A stretch of DNA of 63,375 bases, filler included, from Octopus bimaculoides (GCF_001194135.2; 11 parts of 10 records of this genome joined end to end with filler, not necessarily neighbours in it), one strand, 5' to 3'. Numbered from the whole stretch's first letter, positions 12,561 to 25,713 are shown. Made by a program: numbers and translations. The notes: generated by a model from the letters alone, not told the origin.

Positions 12561-13094
12561 CTAGAAGATACAGAAATTATAATTCAAATAAAACTTCAAT
12601 ACATTTCACAGGATATAGCAGGGTGGTTAAGATGTTCACTTCCCAGCCACTTGGTTTCAGGTTCAGTTCCACCGTGTGGCACATTGGGAAAATGTCTTTT
12701 ATAAGGCTAACCAAAGCCTTCTGAGTGGATTTGGCAGATGGAAACTGAAAGAAGCCCCTCGTGTCTTGATTGCATGCAATAAGCTTCCCTGTCATCCTTT
12801 TGGGACCAATAAAAAAAGGTACCAATCCTGACTGAAGGATTCATGGAAGTGTCACAGGGTTAGGAAAGATGACTTCTGGTTATCTCTTTGACTCTGAGTT
12901 TGAAGAACAATGAGACCAATGCTAAGCTGTATTGGCCCAAATTGACAGCTTTGTCCTTGGATAAACATCAAAACTGTGCAGAAGGGAGACTTGCATGCAT
13001 GGACAACTACTCAAGCCTACACATACATGTGTGCAGGGCCATCGTCAGCATTTACTGACAGAGGCTAAAAATATGCACAGTAATAAAGTAAAGT

Positions 13095-13317
13095 TATGAA
13101 GAGGTACTCAAAGTTCCTGGTTTCGAAGGCATCGCGAAAGGCCTGGTTGGAGGCCCAGCCTTCTGAGTTCTTTTACAGGGCTTAGAAAAACTGAAGGACC
13201 CCTGCAATAAGTGTGTGAATCTGAGAGGGGAATATGTTGAATAAAGTCATAATTAACAGATCCCCCTGTATTTTCTTTCACCCAAAGCCAGGAACTTTTC
13301 AGCCCCACCCCCTTGTA
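13095..13317. mobile_element. mariner/Tc1-type MITE (truncated copy at 7297-7400)
   Basis: Ends ta..gaggtactcaaagttcctgg and ccaggaacttttcagcc..cccttgta are degenerate inverted repeats with TA at the termini. Confidence 0.6.
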
Positions 13318-13409
13318 GATGCAAAAAGTAAAAAAAAGAAATGAAATAAGAAGAGATATGAACTAAAGAAGCTGGGTTTAAAAAAAAAAAGTTAAATCAC
13401 ACAACATAC

Positions 13410-13517
13410 CGATAGACACGACCACCTTCAGCAAACTCTCGCTTCTTTTTGCTTCCTTGTACATCTTCAAATATCCTGGCTTTTAACAATTTACTCATTA
13501 ATTGTACTGTTTGTTGC
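13410..13517 (-). CDS. DEPDC1: DEPDC1 exon 3, DEP domain C-half (KQQTVQLMSKLLKARIFEDVQGSKKKREFAEGGRVYR)
   Basis: TTCCCAG acceptor, GTATGT donor, phase 2 to 2, in frame with exon 2. Matches the QQTIQLL.K.L...VIED motif. Confidence 0.92.
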
Positions 13518-14941
13518 CTGGGAAGGCAAAAAAGAAGATATTGTCTAGAAATTATAAAGTCAGTTAGTCATAACAATCATTCATTAAATGAAATCTAGAA
13601 CCAAGATATGCAAAACTGATGAAGGGCAATATTAACTCCTTAGTATTTAAACCAACCTTATCTGGCGAAAATATTCTACCTGTTTTTTTATTGAAACTGG
13701 CCCTATCCAGCCTCTCACACTTTCTCTACATTGTCATTCTAAAAATAAACCATCACATTATAGAAATTTCAAAGCTATGAGATAATGTATGATTAGCGTT
13801 GGGCCTCATGGAGGCAAAGCGGCTGAGTTTCTTTCGAGCCTTGGGCCTCACAAAGGCGAGATGGCCGAGTTCCTTTCAAGCACTGGGCCTCACAGCATTG
13901 TTTTAACATAAGTTTTTCCATGCTAGCATGGGTTAGGTATTTAATCGTAGCATTGTTTTACAGCTAGTGCTGGTTCCACATATAAAGCCCCTCATGTGTG
14001 TATATGTGTGTATTTGCATCTCTTTGTGTCTTGATTGCATGCAACGAGCTTCCTTGTCATCCTTTTGGGACCAATTAAAAAAAGTACCAATCCTGACTGA
14101 AGGATTCATGGAACTGTCACAGTGTTGGGCCTCATGGAGACAAGGTGGCTGAGTTCCTATCAAGCGTTGGGCCTCACAGAGGCAATGACCAAGACCATTG
14201 GCATTATGTCATGCTTGAGAAGAAGACCCATCAAGCCAAGCAAAATTGCGGTCGTGGCAAATACTGGTGTCACGCAAACTGGCACCCGTGCCGGTGGCTT
14301 GTAATCACGCCCTGATGTCACGCAATTGGCACTCGTACAGGTGACACGTAAAAGCACCCATTACACTTTTGGGGTGGTTGGTGTTAGGAAGGGTGTCCAG
14401 CCATAGAAAACCATGCTAAATCAGACTGGAGCCTGGTGCAGCCTTCCAGCATGCCAGCCCAGATAAACTGTCCAACCCATGCCAGCATGAACAATGGATG
14501 TTAAATGATGATGAATGTGAATAGATAAACAATGCATTTGACAGAATAATTTGAATGCTAAAAAAGGTCAAAGGTTAAAGGTTAGTGCAATCTTGGGGTA
14601 ACTCAACGACAAACTAAACCAAGAGCATTATGTCCAAACAGTTTCTGGACATAATTTTTGGTTGAAATTTGAACTCAGAACGTAAAGACAGACAAAATAC
14701 TGCTAAGCATTTCACCCGGCGTGCTAACGTTTCTGCCAGCTCGACGCCTTAAAAGGTCAGGTTTATCGTCTGAAGATAAGAGGACAGTCATAAACTGCAG
14801 TCGACTGTTAGAGGTATTCCTCTCCAAGCTTGAAGGGCTGTTTTTGTAACCGACATACTCCACCAGCCCTGATATTGGTGATCTTACGCACAAAATACTG
14901 TTGAGTTGGGTTTAAATGAATAAATAAAAGATTGTTCTCAC

Positions 14942-15099
14942 TTGGTAATGTCTGAACCAAAATTAGGGTTGCTCTTCAAATACTTATGCATCCATTCTAG
15001 TGCTTCTGTTGCAGTAAAAGCTTTATCGTAAACCTTCATATAACGTCGGCGTCGGCCAATAGGCATACCTTGTTTGAACGCTCGGATAATTGTGTTCCA
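14942..15099 (-). CDS. DEPDC1: DEPDC1 exon 2, DEP domain (WNTIIRAFKQGMPIGRRRRYMKVYDKAFTATEALEWMHKYLKSNPNFGSDIT)
   Basis: Pyrimidine tract + CAG acceptor, GTGAGA donor, phase 0 to 2. Resembles the human DEP domain (WN..F.GMP....F...EA..W...L..N.NFG.E.T). Confidence 0.93.
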
Positions 15100-16790
15100 C
15101 TGTTTAAAAAGAAGAAATAAAGAATATTATTACGAGAAACAGTTTCTGGACATAATTTTTGGTTGAACAAGAGCTGCTGCTGTATCATCATCACACTTAA
15201 TGTCTGCGTTTCCATGCTTGCATGGGTGGGATAATGTGTTGAGGCTAAGCATTCCGCCCGGCGTGCTAACGTTTCTGCCAGCTCGCTGCCTTGTTTCATT
15301 CAGTTTCTGTTTACCAAATCCACTCACAACTGTTTGGTTGTCCCAGGGCTATAGTAAAAGACACTTGCTACCCAAGATGCCATGCTGTGGGACTGAACCC
15401 CAAGTCATGTGGTTGGGAAGCAAACTTCTTACCACACAGCTACGCCTGTGCCTTATTTCAGTAAAATCTTCATCACTGGAATCATCATCATCATCATCAT
15501 CGTCATCGTTTAACGTCTGCCTTCCATGCTAGCATGGGTTGGACGATTTGACTGAAGACTGGTGAAACCGGATGGCAACACCAGCCTCCAATCTGATTTG
15601 GCAGAGTTTCTACAGCTGGATGCCCTTCCTAACGCCAACCACTCAGAGTGGAATCACCGTAACAAACTTTTGCTTTCAGTTCGATCAACTCAACAGTCTG
15701 TTCAATGAATGAATGCCCAAGTAGCTGAGTACTTTACAAACACATATACTCTTTATGTCATCTTCGGGTAGAATCAGCGCAGACAGATGAATTATAAGTA
15801 TAATCCNNNNNNNNNNNNNNNNNNNNNNNNNNNNNNNNNNNNNNNNNNNNNNNNNNNNNNNNNNNNNNNNNNNNNNNNNNNNNNNNNNNNNNNNNNNNNN
15901 NNNNNNNNNNNNNNNNNNNNNNNNNNNNNNNNNNNNNNNNNNNNNNNNNNNNNNNNNNNNNNNNNNNNNNNNNNNNNNNNNNNNNNNNNNNNNNNNNNNN
16001 NNNNNNNNNNNNNNNNNNNNNNNNNNNNNNNNNNNNNNNNNNNNNNNNNNNNNNNNNNNNNNNNNNNNNNNNNNNNNNNNNNNNNNNNNNNNNNNNNNNN
16101 NNNNNNNNNNNNNNNNNNNNNNNNNNNNNNNNNNNNNNNNNNNNNNNNNNNNNNNNNNNNNNNNNNNNNNNNNNNNNNNNNNNNNNNNNNNNNNNNNNNN
16201 NNNNNNNNNNNNNNNNNNNNNNNNNNNNNNNNNNNNNNNNNNNNNNNNNNNNNNNNNNNNNNNNNNNNNNNNNNNNNNNNNNNNNNNNNNNNNNNNNNNN
16301 NNNNNNNNNNNNNNNNNNNNNNNNNNNNNNNNNNNNNNNNNNNNNNNNNNNNNNNNNNNNNNNNNNNNNNNNNNNNNNNNNNNNNNNNNNNNNNNNNNNN
16401 NNNNNTTGGCATATTTGTGCAAGGAGAGAAGGGCAGAGTGAGCTCTTGTACACGAAGCTCTTGCACGTCTCATCGTATTTGATGGCATAAGTGCATTAAA
16501 GTATTGTAATACCTAAAGCAACATTAAAGGCAGAATCGTTAGTACGCCGAGAAAATGCTTAGCGGCATTTCGTCCGTCTTTACGTTTTAAGTTCAGATTT
16601 CACAGACTAGCTTTGCTTTTCATCCTTTCGCAGTTGATGAAATAAGTACAGTCAAACAGTAGGGTCGATGTTATCGACAAGCCTTCTCTCCAAACATTTC
16701 AGAAAGGAATATTTAAAGCAGCGCCGCATGAAGGACCTGAGGTGATTCTTTGAGATACACTTAAAAAGAAAAGAAAAAAAAGAGCGCCTA

Positions 16791-16843
<53 letters not shown>

Positions 16844-17516
16844 GCGCGCACACACACATACACATCTTACTGGCACCTGTTAAGCTATCATCATATCTGA
16901 CAGGCGAAATGTCATAACTTGGCATAACTACAGATAAATGCCACATTCACGACCCCCCCGTCCCCACCCTATAACATTCTAAAAGAATGTGTATAAAATG
17001 TTGCAGTGATACATTATCTAGAGTGTAGATTATGGTAATGCGGATAACGTTAAAAATCACTTTTTGAAAGAGTTTAGAACATTTTCCTCCCTCCAGACTT
17101 TATCTTCTCAAAAATCTTTAAAACATATTTTTAAATGACAGCTCGAGAGTATACATTACGCAATGATGTATGTTTCAAACATAAAAACTGACAAAAAAAG
17201 TGATAAATGATTAAATTAAGAAATATGGTGGTAATTAAATCGAAGTGGAGAAAGGAAACAAGATCGAAAACTTTATCCAAAAGAAAATTTGTTTGAAACG
17301 GAATCGTAAACTACACGCTGAGAAACCTAACTTTGCAAATTTCATTAAAAATGTGCATTTTTCAGAAAGTTAAATCTTTAAGTGTGTGTGGGGGAGGGTG
17401 ATTAGTTGCTGTAAGAGAAATCTATTAACTAATTCCTTAATTACAACAGTATGAAGGGAGATAACCTATATTGCTTTGGAATTTCGTTAACTTCAAAAAA
17501 AAAAATTAAATACTGA

Positions 17517-17564
<48 letters not shown>

Positions 17565-17922
17565 ATGCACAGGTAACTATAAAAAAAAGGCCAAAGACTG
17601 ATCATTAAAGGACATTTGTNNNNNNNNNNNNNNNNNNNNNNNNNNNNNNNNNNNNNNNNNNNNNNNNNNNNNNNNNNNNNNNNNNNNNNNNNNNNNNNNN
17701 NNNNNNNNNNNNNNNNNNNNNNNNNNNNNNNNNNNNNNNNNNNNNNNNNNNNNNNNNNNNNNNNNNNNNNNNNNNNNNNNNNNNNNNNNNNNNNNNNNNN
17801 NNNNNNNNNNNNNNNNNNNNNNNNNNNNNNNNNNNNNNNNNNNNNNNNNNNNNNNNNNNNNNNNNNNNNNNNNNNNNNNNNNNNNNNNNNNNNNNNNNNN
17901 NNNTTATATAGATCCACAGGGT

Positions 17923-17990
17923 AAACCTAACCCTAACTCAAACCCTAACCCTAACCCTGACCGTAACCCTGACCCTAACCCTAACACTAG
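17923..17990. repeat. Interstitial degenerate telomeric repeat (TTAGGG)n on the minus strand
   Basis: About 10 TAACCC/TGACCC units ending in ACTAG, next to an N gap. Confidence 0.75.
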
Positions 17991-18527
17991 TTTTGTGAGA
18001 TTTGGCTGTTATTTCTAGCATGTAAATAGCCTGCTTGGGGGGGGGGGATTGAAATTTTTCAAAATTTTTTTTTTCAGAATCGGAATCTCCATAGCCTAAA
18101 ACGTGGGGTTCCGTAAAAAAAATTAATTAATAAGGGCGGGGGGGAAGGTTCAGATTACATATAGTCCATCTCTACCGACAAAACCTCCAATGATGTAAAC
18201 ATACTATTTTGTCTTGTCTTTGCTAATGATTAACCATATGTTTGTATAAAATAGATTTCGTGGGATCAAACGGTGCGAGTGTGATTCGAGTTAATCTAAT
18301 CTTTATATTATAATTAGTTAATATAATTTTAATCTATACGGAGAAGGAAGTTTTAAAAAAGTACTTATATCTAACGTCTTTTTCTCTCCTTCTAAGTCCA
18401 AACAAGTTGAAGTCCACAATTATCTCTCAATATCTTTCGATCGGGTACAATTCTTGTCGAATCTATTGTTATAGATATTAACATCACGGCAACTGATAAT
18501 AAATATAAGATCAACGACATAACTTAC

Positions 18528-18593
18528 TATTTTAGTCGCCCGGTACGGACCACTGAAGTCATCGTCTTCGTTCGCAACTATATTTGAATTCAT
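18528..18593 (-). CDS. DEPDC1: DEPDC1 coding exon 1 (MNSNIVANEDDDFSGPYRATKI)
   Basis: ATG at 18593 and GTAAGT donor, phase 0. GPYRATK matches the DEPDC1/1B N-terminal motif GPYRATKL. Confidence 0.92.
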
Positions 18594-18679
18594 AGTTCAT
18601 GTTAAGGATTCAATATTTCGCTCCTTTCTGCTCGATCTGCCAAGTTCCTTTCTCTTCCCCAAACTTTATTTCTTACCCC

Positions 18680-18800
18680 AAAACGCGTTAAAGTTCGTAA
18701 ACATAATTTTTAAAATCCCCTTCAAAGGAGCCGCAACGTGATTTGATTGGTTGTTGATTTAGAGACGCGAGTTGTTGATTGGTCAATAAATATGCCAATC
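18680..18800. promoter_or_regulatory. Bidirectional DEPDC1/OSBPL9 promoter: CCAAT boxes and CHR
   Basis: ATTGG at 18746-50 and 18778-82 (32-bp spacing), CCAAT at 18795-99, TTCAAA (CHR TTTGAA on the minus strand) at 18721-26, TTTAAA at ~18709, ACGCGT at ~18683. All lie between two divergent ATGs. Confidence 0.72.
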
Positions 18801-18830
18801 AGGCGTTTGTCTGCTACACGGTGTGAAAAC

Positions 18831-18938
18831 ATGGCGATCATCGAGGGTCCGCTCAGTAAATGGACAAATGTGATGAAAGGTTGGCAATACCGATGGTTTG
18901 TTTTAGATGAACATTCTGGATTGCTTTCCTATTACACG
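18831..18938 (+). CDS. OSBPL9: OSBPL9 coding exon 1, PH domain start ([36 protein letters not shown])
   Basis: aacATGG Kozak context and ACG|GTAGGT donor, phase 0. Near-identical to the ORP9 N-terminus [22 protein letters not shown]...GLLSYYT. Confidence 0.92.
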
Positions 18939-19666
18939 GTAGGTCGAACGTTTTCACATGAATATCTGTCGTTTCCATAGAATAACAATAACACTGATAC
19001 GATGGCGTCGTTCAGTTCTTCGTTGCTGCTTCATGTCGACAATATGCTCGAGATTCCTTTGAACTCTTATCATATCATTAAATCATAATAGTTTTATATA
19101 TTTGTCATGTCCGTAATGTTCTATCATTGGCTTCATCGTATATCAAATACCTGATCTCTGTCAGCGCCGTTAATGCTTACAAACAGCCCGTATAATAAGC
19201 TGGGTGTCTTCGAAACGAAAGACAACAAGGTGTCCGACACCCAAACTGCCCCTCCCTTTCTTTATCTCACCACTTTCACCTTGTTGTTATTTCGATGCTG
19301 GATTCACCTCTTAATATTATTATTAGCTGGTGTCATTATTAATTCAAATCATTTAATTTCGCCCTATAGAATTATATTGGGTCGAATGATATTTACTGAT
19401 TACTAAAATTTTTAATTAAAGAACCATGTTGCAGTTGGGAAAAGTAAAATAGATACTTTGCTTTCAAATTTTGGCATAGGACCATTATTAATAACAATAA
19501 TAATAAATAATAATAGCAATAATAATTAATAATAATAATCTATCCAGGGTCCCACCGTTTCTTTTTCTAATTATTGTTGACATTGGTTCAGAGCGTACAC
19601 ACACACGTACGTACTCACACCATCTCTTTACCTATCTATAGCTGTATACACACACACACATGAACA

Positions 19667-19708
<42 letters not shown>

Positions 19709-19721
19709 CACNNNNNNNNNN

Positions 19722-19760
<39 letters not shown>

Positions 19761-20363
19761 CACACATATATTATCTATCTCTTGTCATCTTGTTTAGCCC
19801 CCAACTCATTCATCTCTGATCTGGCAAACCTCTCATTTAAATAACCACCTACCATTCCATATTCTTCCTTTCTATTTATTTTTCATTCAGCTTATCCAAT
19901 GTGTCCTTCCTTTTCTAGAGTATAATTTGAGGGATTTTCGGGTGGTTATTTCCACCAGAACGAACAACCACTTAGTGGTTCGATAATTACCAGAGTTCCC
20001 TCTTGGAGAATTACTTGGTTATTCTTTATGTTTTGTCATTGGACTCTGTCCGTATAGAAGCACCATATTATCTGTGTGTATATATATATATATATAGAGA
20101 GAGAGAGTTGTATGTGTGTAGGTGCGTCAACTGATGAATGGAAGCTGTCATTCATTTATATTGCGCCTTGTACTCTCCTGACAATTTATTCCAAACCATA
20201 ACTATATTTTGTTTTAAGATTTGGTTATTAGTATCGCTATACTTAAACTGTATCATTTCTATTTGGAACGTTAAATCTCGAAGCAGTTACTGCAGATAAC
20301 TGTGTATAAATATTGGATTAAAAAAACCTTTGGAAAGGACAAGTCGAAGGCTGCCCTTGCGAC

Positions 20364-20401
<38 letters not shown>

Positions 20402-23400
20402 ATGTATATCAAGACCCACCCATATGTGTGTGTGTGTTGAAATAACTTCTATTTTCGAAGTTCTGTTTGTTTAATCAATGGTTATGAGCTGTCGTTATTT
20501 TGTTTTAATTATTTAATTAGCTCCTCAGTGAAATGTCTTTCCCAAATTGACAAGTTCTATTACAGAAAAATCCCGTTACCTTACTGCACCATTCTATGTA
20601 TGGTGAAAAAGAAATTCCATGGTCTTAGAGTTTATTTATATACTCTCTCTTTTCCACACACATATTTACATACATTCACATATATTCATTCACCTACACA
20701 CATGTATATAAGCGTATGTATAATATAAATGTGTGTTTGTATGTACATGTGTGTGTGTGTGCGTACATGTATTTGTAGACACACGCACACATACATTTCA
20801 AAGTTGTTCTGTCAAATCTCTGGTCCTAATTATAAAACCGAAGGTCTTTGGAGTTATTTCGCAACGCAAGAAATGCACACACACAGACACACACACGATG
20901 TATGTGTTTATGTTGAAAAATCTTATGATTTCATCCACATTATGTGAAATGATAATAAATATCTTTTAAATAGAAGGAGTAATGATCGATCGAGTTCAGT
21001 GGCGTGTTCTCTATTGATTGTTTTTACCAAATAACATAAAAGTGCTTTTAACATAGTTAATAGTTTTTAATTCCAATGTCCACCACAATATGGTAATATC
21101 CGGTCATCACCACCATCGTTTATCATCAATATTTCAACAGGCGTAATTAAAAATGATAGATAATTATTAATATTAGGAGTTTGTTTCGTCCACTTACGCT
21201 TCTGCGAACATTTATTAATTTATTTTTATGTTATGTTAATCATTTTATTAAATGGTTTGTATTGTGAATAAATATTGATTTCTGTTTTGGCATTTATGAT
21301 TCCATTCAAATCCCTGCAGTATTATTATAATCTTTATGAAAAAGAAACTAAGCGACCATCGGACTATTATATCGTTAGTCGTTTTCCCTAGCTTGGTTGC
21401 TAACAATGATGTGAAAGGAAGAGTTCTTGCTATATAATGTGGATGTGTTAGATATACGTGTGTGTGTCTGTGTGTTATGGATGTGCTTGAATGTTATGAT
21501 GTATATTGTATGCGTTACCTCTGTGTGTGTATATTTGTGTAGGTATATACCTGTGTGTGTATATATGTATATACGATTGTATATGTGTGTTTTACTTGTA
21601 TGTTTTTGTGCGTATGTACGTGTGTATGATTGTGCATGTATGTATATTTGTACGATTGTGTGTACGTATGTATGTGTTTGTATGTATACGTGTGTGTGTA
21701 TTTAGGCATCTATTTTTTCATTTGTAATAACGTGTCTGTTGAAGAAAGTTCTCAGATATTAAACAAATCGAATGTGCAAAATTGACCAAAAATAATTTTG
21801 CATCGCACCCCCTTCCTATATTGTAATCAATCATCAGTTACACTCATTAATTTCTATTAAACACATTCGATCCGATTTGTTTATTTGTATATCCTATTTA
21901 TTTTATTCATAATTGACATCAATCATCGCGTCCAAAGTGTAACTAGTAACATTGGCAGTTCTCGTTGGACTTGAACAGTTTACGAAGTCGCCTGGCCCGT
22001 TGGTTACGGTTTTGCCATTACTAGGTTGTGGTGGTTGTTTCCCGGGTCGAGCAATCCGTTGTGTTCTTGAGCAAAACACTTCATTGCAGTCAGCTGGACC
22101 AGCCTTCCGATCAGCAGCAATGTTGGCCTGCTTGCCTAGCCAGTAGTCGCATGGCATCACTCAAAAGCTAAAACGATGCAAAGTGCATTGTGACCAACGA
22201 TGTATAACAACATCCGATAGTTTGGTCACTCACGTGATATACTTAATTAGGCATGCCTACACAAGTGCGCCCCTCCCCTCCGCTTATATTGCCTCATAGC
22301 TGCCAGAAAAATGGATATTTTAAAATGAAATTGTCTAAAAAATACGCTTCCGATGGTGTTGATTCCTGTTATGTATGGTTAAAGTTTTTCGTGTGTCGGC
22401 TTTCTTTCCTCGTAAGTTTCAGAAAAATTGGTAATTTTTATTTTTTTTATTTTTTTATTTTCTACAAATACCTTTCTGTGTAGATTACGATTACAGCGGA
22501 ATTCAATTTGAAAAAAATTTAAATGGTGGGTGTCTTACAAAAAACATACTAACACACTTCACATATCTACAAAATGAAACTTGAAATTTCGGGGGGAAAT
22601 TCTGATGCGCGTCAGTATGTATGAATACGAGTCTACCAATTCTATTTTTCATATAAAATTCCGATATACTCGTAATTTACACACTCTGTAAGGTATCTAG
22701 CGGAAATTCCCTTCAAAAATACCCTTTCTTCTGAAAGATGTGAGGAAACAAATCCGACTGGTGTGAATTTTCCGAAATTCCCCACTCCACCCTGGGGCGG
22801 GGGAACGTTCATATTAAATTCCGATATAATCGGAATCTGCACCGTCTGAAGCATATTTGTAGGAAATTTCATTAAAAATATCCGTGTTTCTGGAAGTTAT
22901 GAGGAAACAAAGTCGGAGAGGGCATACCTGCATAGCTATGTCGAGAGATGACCGACGCCAGTGTACTCATTTTATTGACCCTGGAAGGGTGAAAGATAAA
23001 GTGGACTTTGGGTGGATTTTTGAACTCAGACCATAAAGCCAGAGGGAAATACCGTTAAACATTTTGTCCGGCGCGGGTTTCAAATGAAGGTTACAGGGCT
23101 CACAGTTTTGAGGGGAGGGGTGTAGTCGATACCGTGCGACTTTTGCACTTGGTTCTGCTGAAATCGACTTTGCTTTTCGGTCTTTCGGGGATCGATGAAT
23201 GGATCGGTGGTGTCGATGCGTCAAATTTTATCGACTCTGAAGGGCTGAACGGTTATGTTGATCTTGACGGGAATTGAAACCAGAATATATAAAAAAGAGA
23301 AAACCGGAACGAGATGCTGAATAATTAAAAAAGAATGATGAATTACACATCTTCAAACATTTTTTTTTTTTTATGATGGTATTATTGTCACTAATTTCAT

Positions 23401-25713
23401 TCCGACACGTGTTTCTACTGGATGTGTGCTAATGTCACGTGATGTTGCGTTTAAATGCATTCAGTCGATTCCTATGTGTGTGTGAATGTTTTGCAAACAA
23501 CCTGCACATGCAAGTGCTACCAGTCGAAAGCTCCGCATGGCGGAAGCCAGCAAGGGTATGGGGTTATCAGGAGAGAATATGTGCCGTTTCGGGGCCTACC
23601 TCTCGACGGCATCATTGCGCACCGATCCCCCCCCCCCACTGAAATGAGACCTTGCTTGCAAGATCATCTGGTTATCAAATAAAGCTCAATATTCTTCTAG
23701 CCATTGCTCATCGTCTCTTTTTAACCGAATCCAGTGGCTAACCTTTTCCGCTGTAGTTTGGATAGTGTTCATGAGTTACGATGAGTTAAGCCTAACGATA
23801 ACAGGAGTTGCTTCACACTATTTTATTAAATGGTGTTGATTCCGATTATGTCGACATTTGTAGGGAAAGATTTCCGTGCGTGGGGTTTTATTAAAGCCAA
23901 AAAAAAAAAAAAAAAATCCACAAACGGTTACCTTCAGTTTCCCGTGACCATTCGTCAGACAATTCTGCCCGTTCGCTTCTTTTTGTCTGGAAGTAATAAT
24001 CCCTTATACTATAGGTACAAAGCTTAGATTTTTGAAGGGAGAGGGACAATCGATCACATCGACCCCAGTACTTGACTGGTACTTATTTTATCGACCCCGA
24101 AAGGATGAAATGCGAAGGTCGACTNNNNNNNNNNAAAGACAGACGAAATACTGCTAAGCATTTCGTCCGGCGTGCTAACGTTTCTGCCAGCTCGCCGCCC
24201 TTAAAATATATACTTTTGTACTCTAGGTACAAGGCCCGAAATTTTGGGGGAGGGGGCCAGTCGATTAGATCGACCTCAGTACGCAACTGGTACATAATTT
24301 ATCGACCCCGAAAGGATGAAATGCGAAGGTCGACTTAAGCGGAATTTGAACTCAGAACGTAAAGACAGACGAAATGCTGCTAAGCATTTCGTCCGGCGTG
24401 CTAACGATTTCTGCGTGTTCGCTCCTTAAACTTTCCGTTGAATTTCGTAACTTCTGAATGTGGCCTCATTATTTATTGTGGAGAACAGTTGAATATATAC
24501 GAAAGCTGCCTTGTTTCTTTTCGATTCGTTTCCCACACAACATACAATCGATTCTGACTGCGTATGATTGTTTCTGCTGCATATTTCAATTACTCGCCCA
24601 TGACTGACCCGAAACCTAGCAGCAATCGCTGTTTGATAGTAATTCTAAAGATATTTATCGCCCAACTTATTATTATTATCATTATTATTATTGCTCTCTG
24701 TTTGACTCTTGACCTGCTCTGATGACCCAAATGACAAATGAATTATTAAAACCGCCCGTTGCCAGTTCAGATATTGATGTTGGTATGACGACAGCTGCTA
24801 CTAGGTTTCTGTGTGTGTGTGTGTAATACTTTTCACTTGGTCCAGTCCTTGGGCTGCGACCATGCTGGAGCAATGCCTCGAATGGGGTTTCAGTTGAGCA
24901 AATCGATCGCAGAACTTAGGTTTCTTGTTTGTTTCTTTTTAAGGTTTGGTACTTACTCTATCGGTATCTTTGGTTGAACTGCTATGTTGCCGTTTTATAA
25001 AACGATCTAACACGGTTGAGAAGCGGAGGAGGAGGAACAGAGACGATAAACACATACACAAAAATCACACGCACACACGAATGTGTGTGTGCATATTTAA
25101 GGCTTAGTGGTTAGGGCTCGCGATTAAAAGGTCGTGAGTTCGATTTCAGACGGCGTGTTGTGCCCTTGAGCAAAACACTTTACACATTGCTTCAATCCAC
25201 TCAGCTGGCAAAAATGAATTGTACCTGTAATTCAAAGGGTCAGCCTTGTCACACTCTGTGTCACGCTGAATCTCCCTGAGAACTACGTTAAGAGTACACA
25301 TATCTGTGGAGTACTCAGCCACTTGCACGTTGATTTCATGAGCAGGCTGTTCTGTTGTTTGGATCAACTGGAAACCTCGTCGTCGTAAGCGACGGAGTGC
25401 CCGTACACATATTCACGAGGGCTTCTTTCAGTTTTGTTGAGAATGTAAGCAGATTTGCTGCTAATTTCTGAGGTTGGTCAAAATGACGTCGACACCCGAT
25501 GAGAACCCAGTCAGGTTTGGAACTCAGTGAAAGCTGTTCGTCGTGCTTTCAACCTCCGAAGAGGTTTGTATGCCTCTTACGTACGCTTGTTTTTTACTTG
25601 GTTTTCATTAGATCGTGGCCATGCTGGGGCACCGCCTTGAAGAAATTTTAGTCAAATAGATCGACCCACCGGGACTTAGTTGCTTTAAAGCCCGGTACGG
25701 ATCTTGTTCAAAA

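Noticed and set aside
15685-16488. Long ORFs in the track that are mostly X (also at 17.4, 33.8, 35, 47.6, 51.7 and 61.7 kb)
   Set aside because: They are open only because N codons are not stops.
18747-18830. In-frame upstream TTG/ATG (18792) extending OSBPL9
   Set aside because: It overlaps the CCAAT boxes and is probably upstream of the TSS. Homology begins at the ATG at 18831.
24020-24420. Tandem SINE B copies (also 32520-32910) as a repeat-spacer array
   Set aside because: These are ordinary tandem or partial SINE duplications with no constant repeat and unique spacer structure, and the context is eukaryotic.
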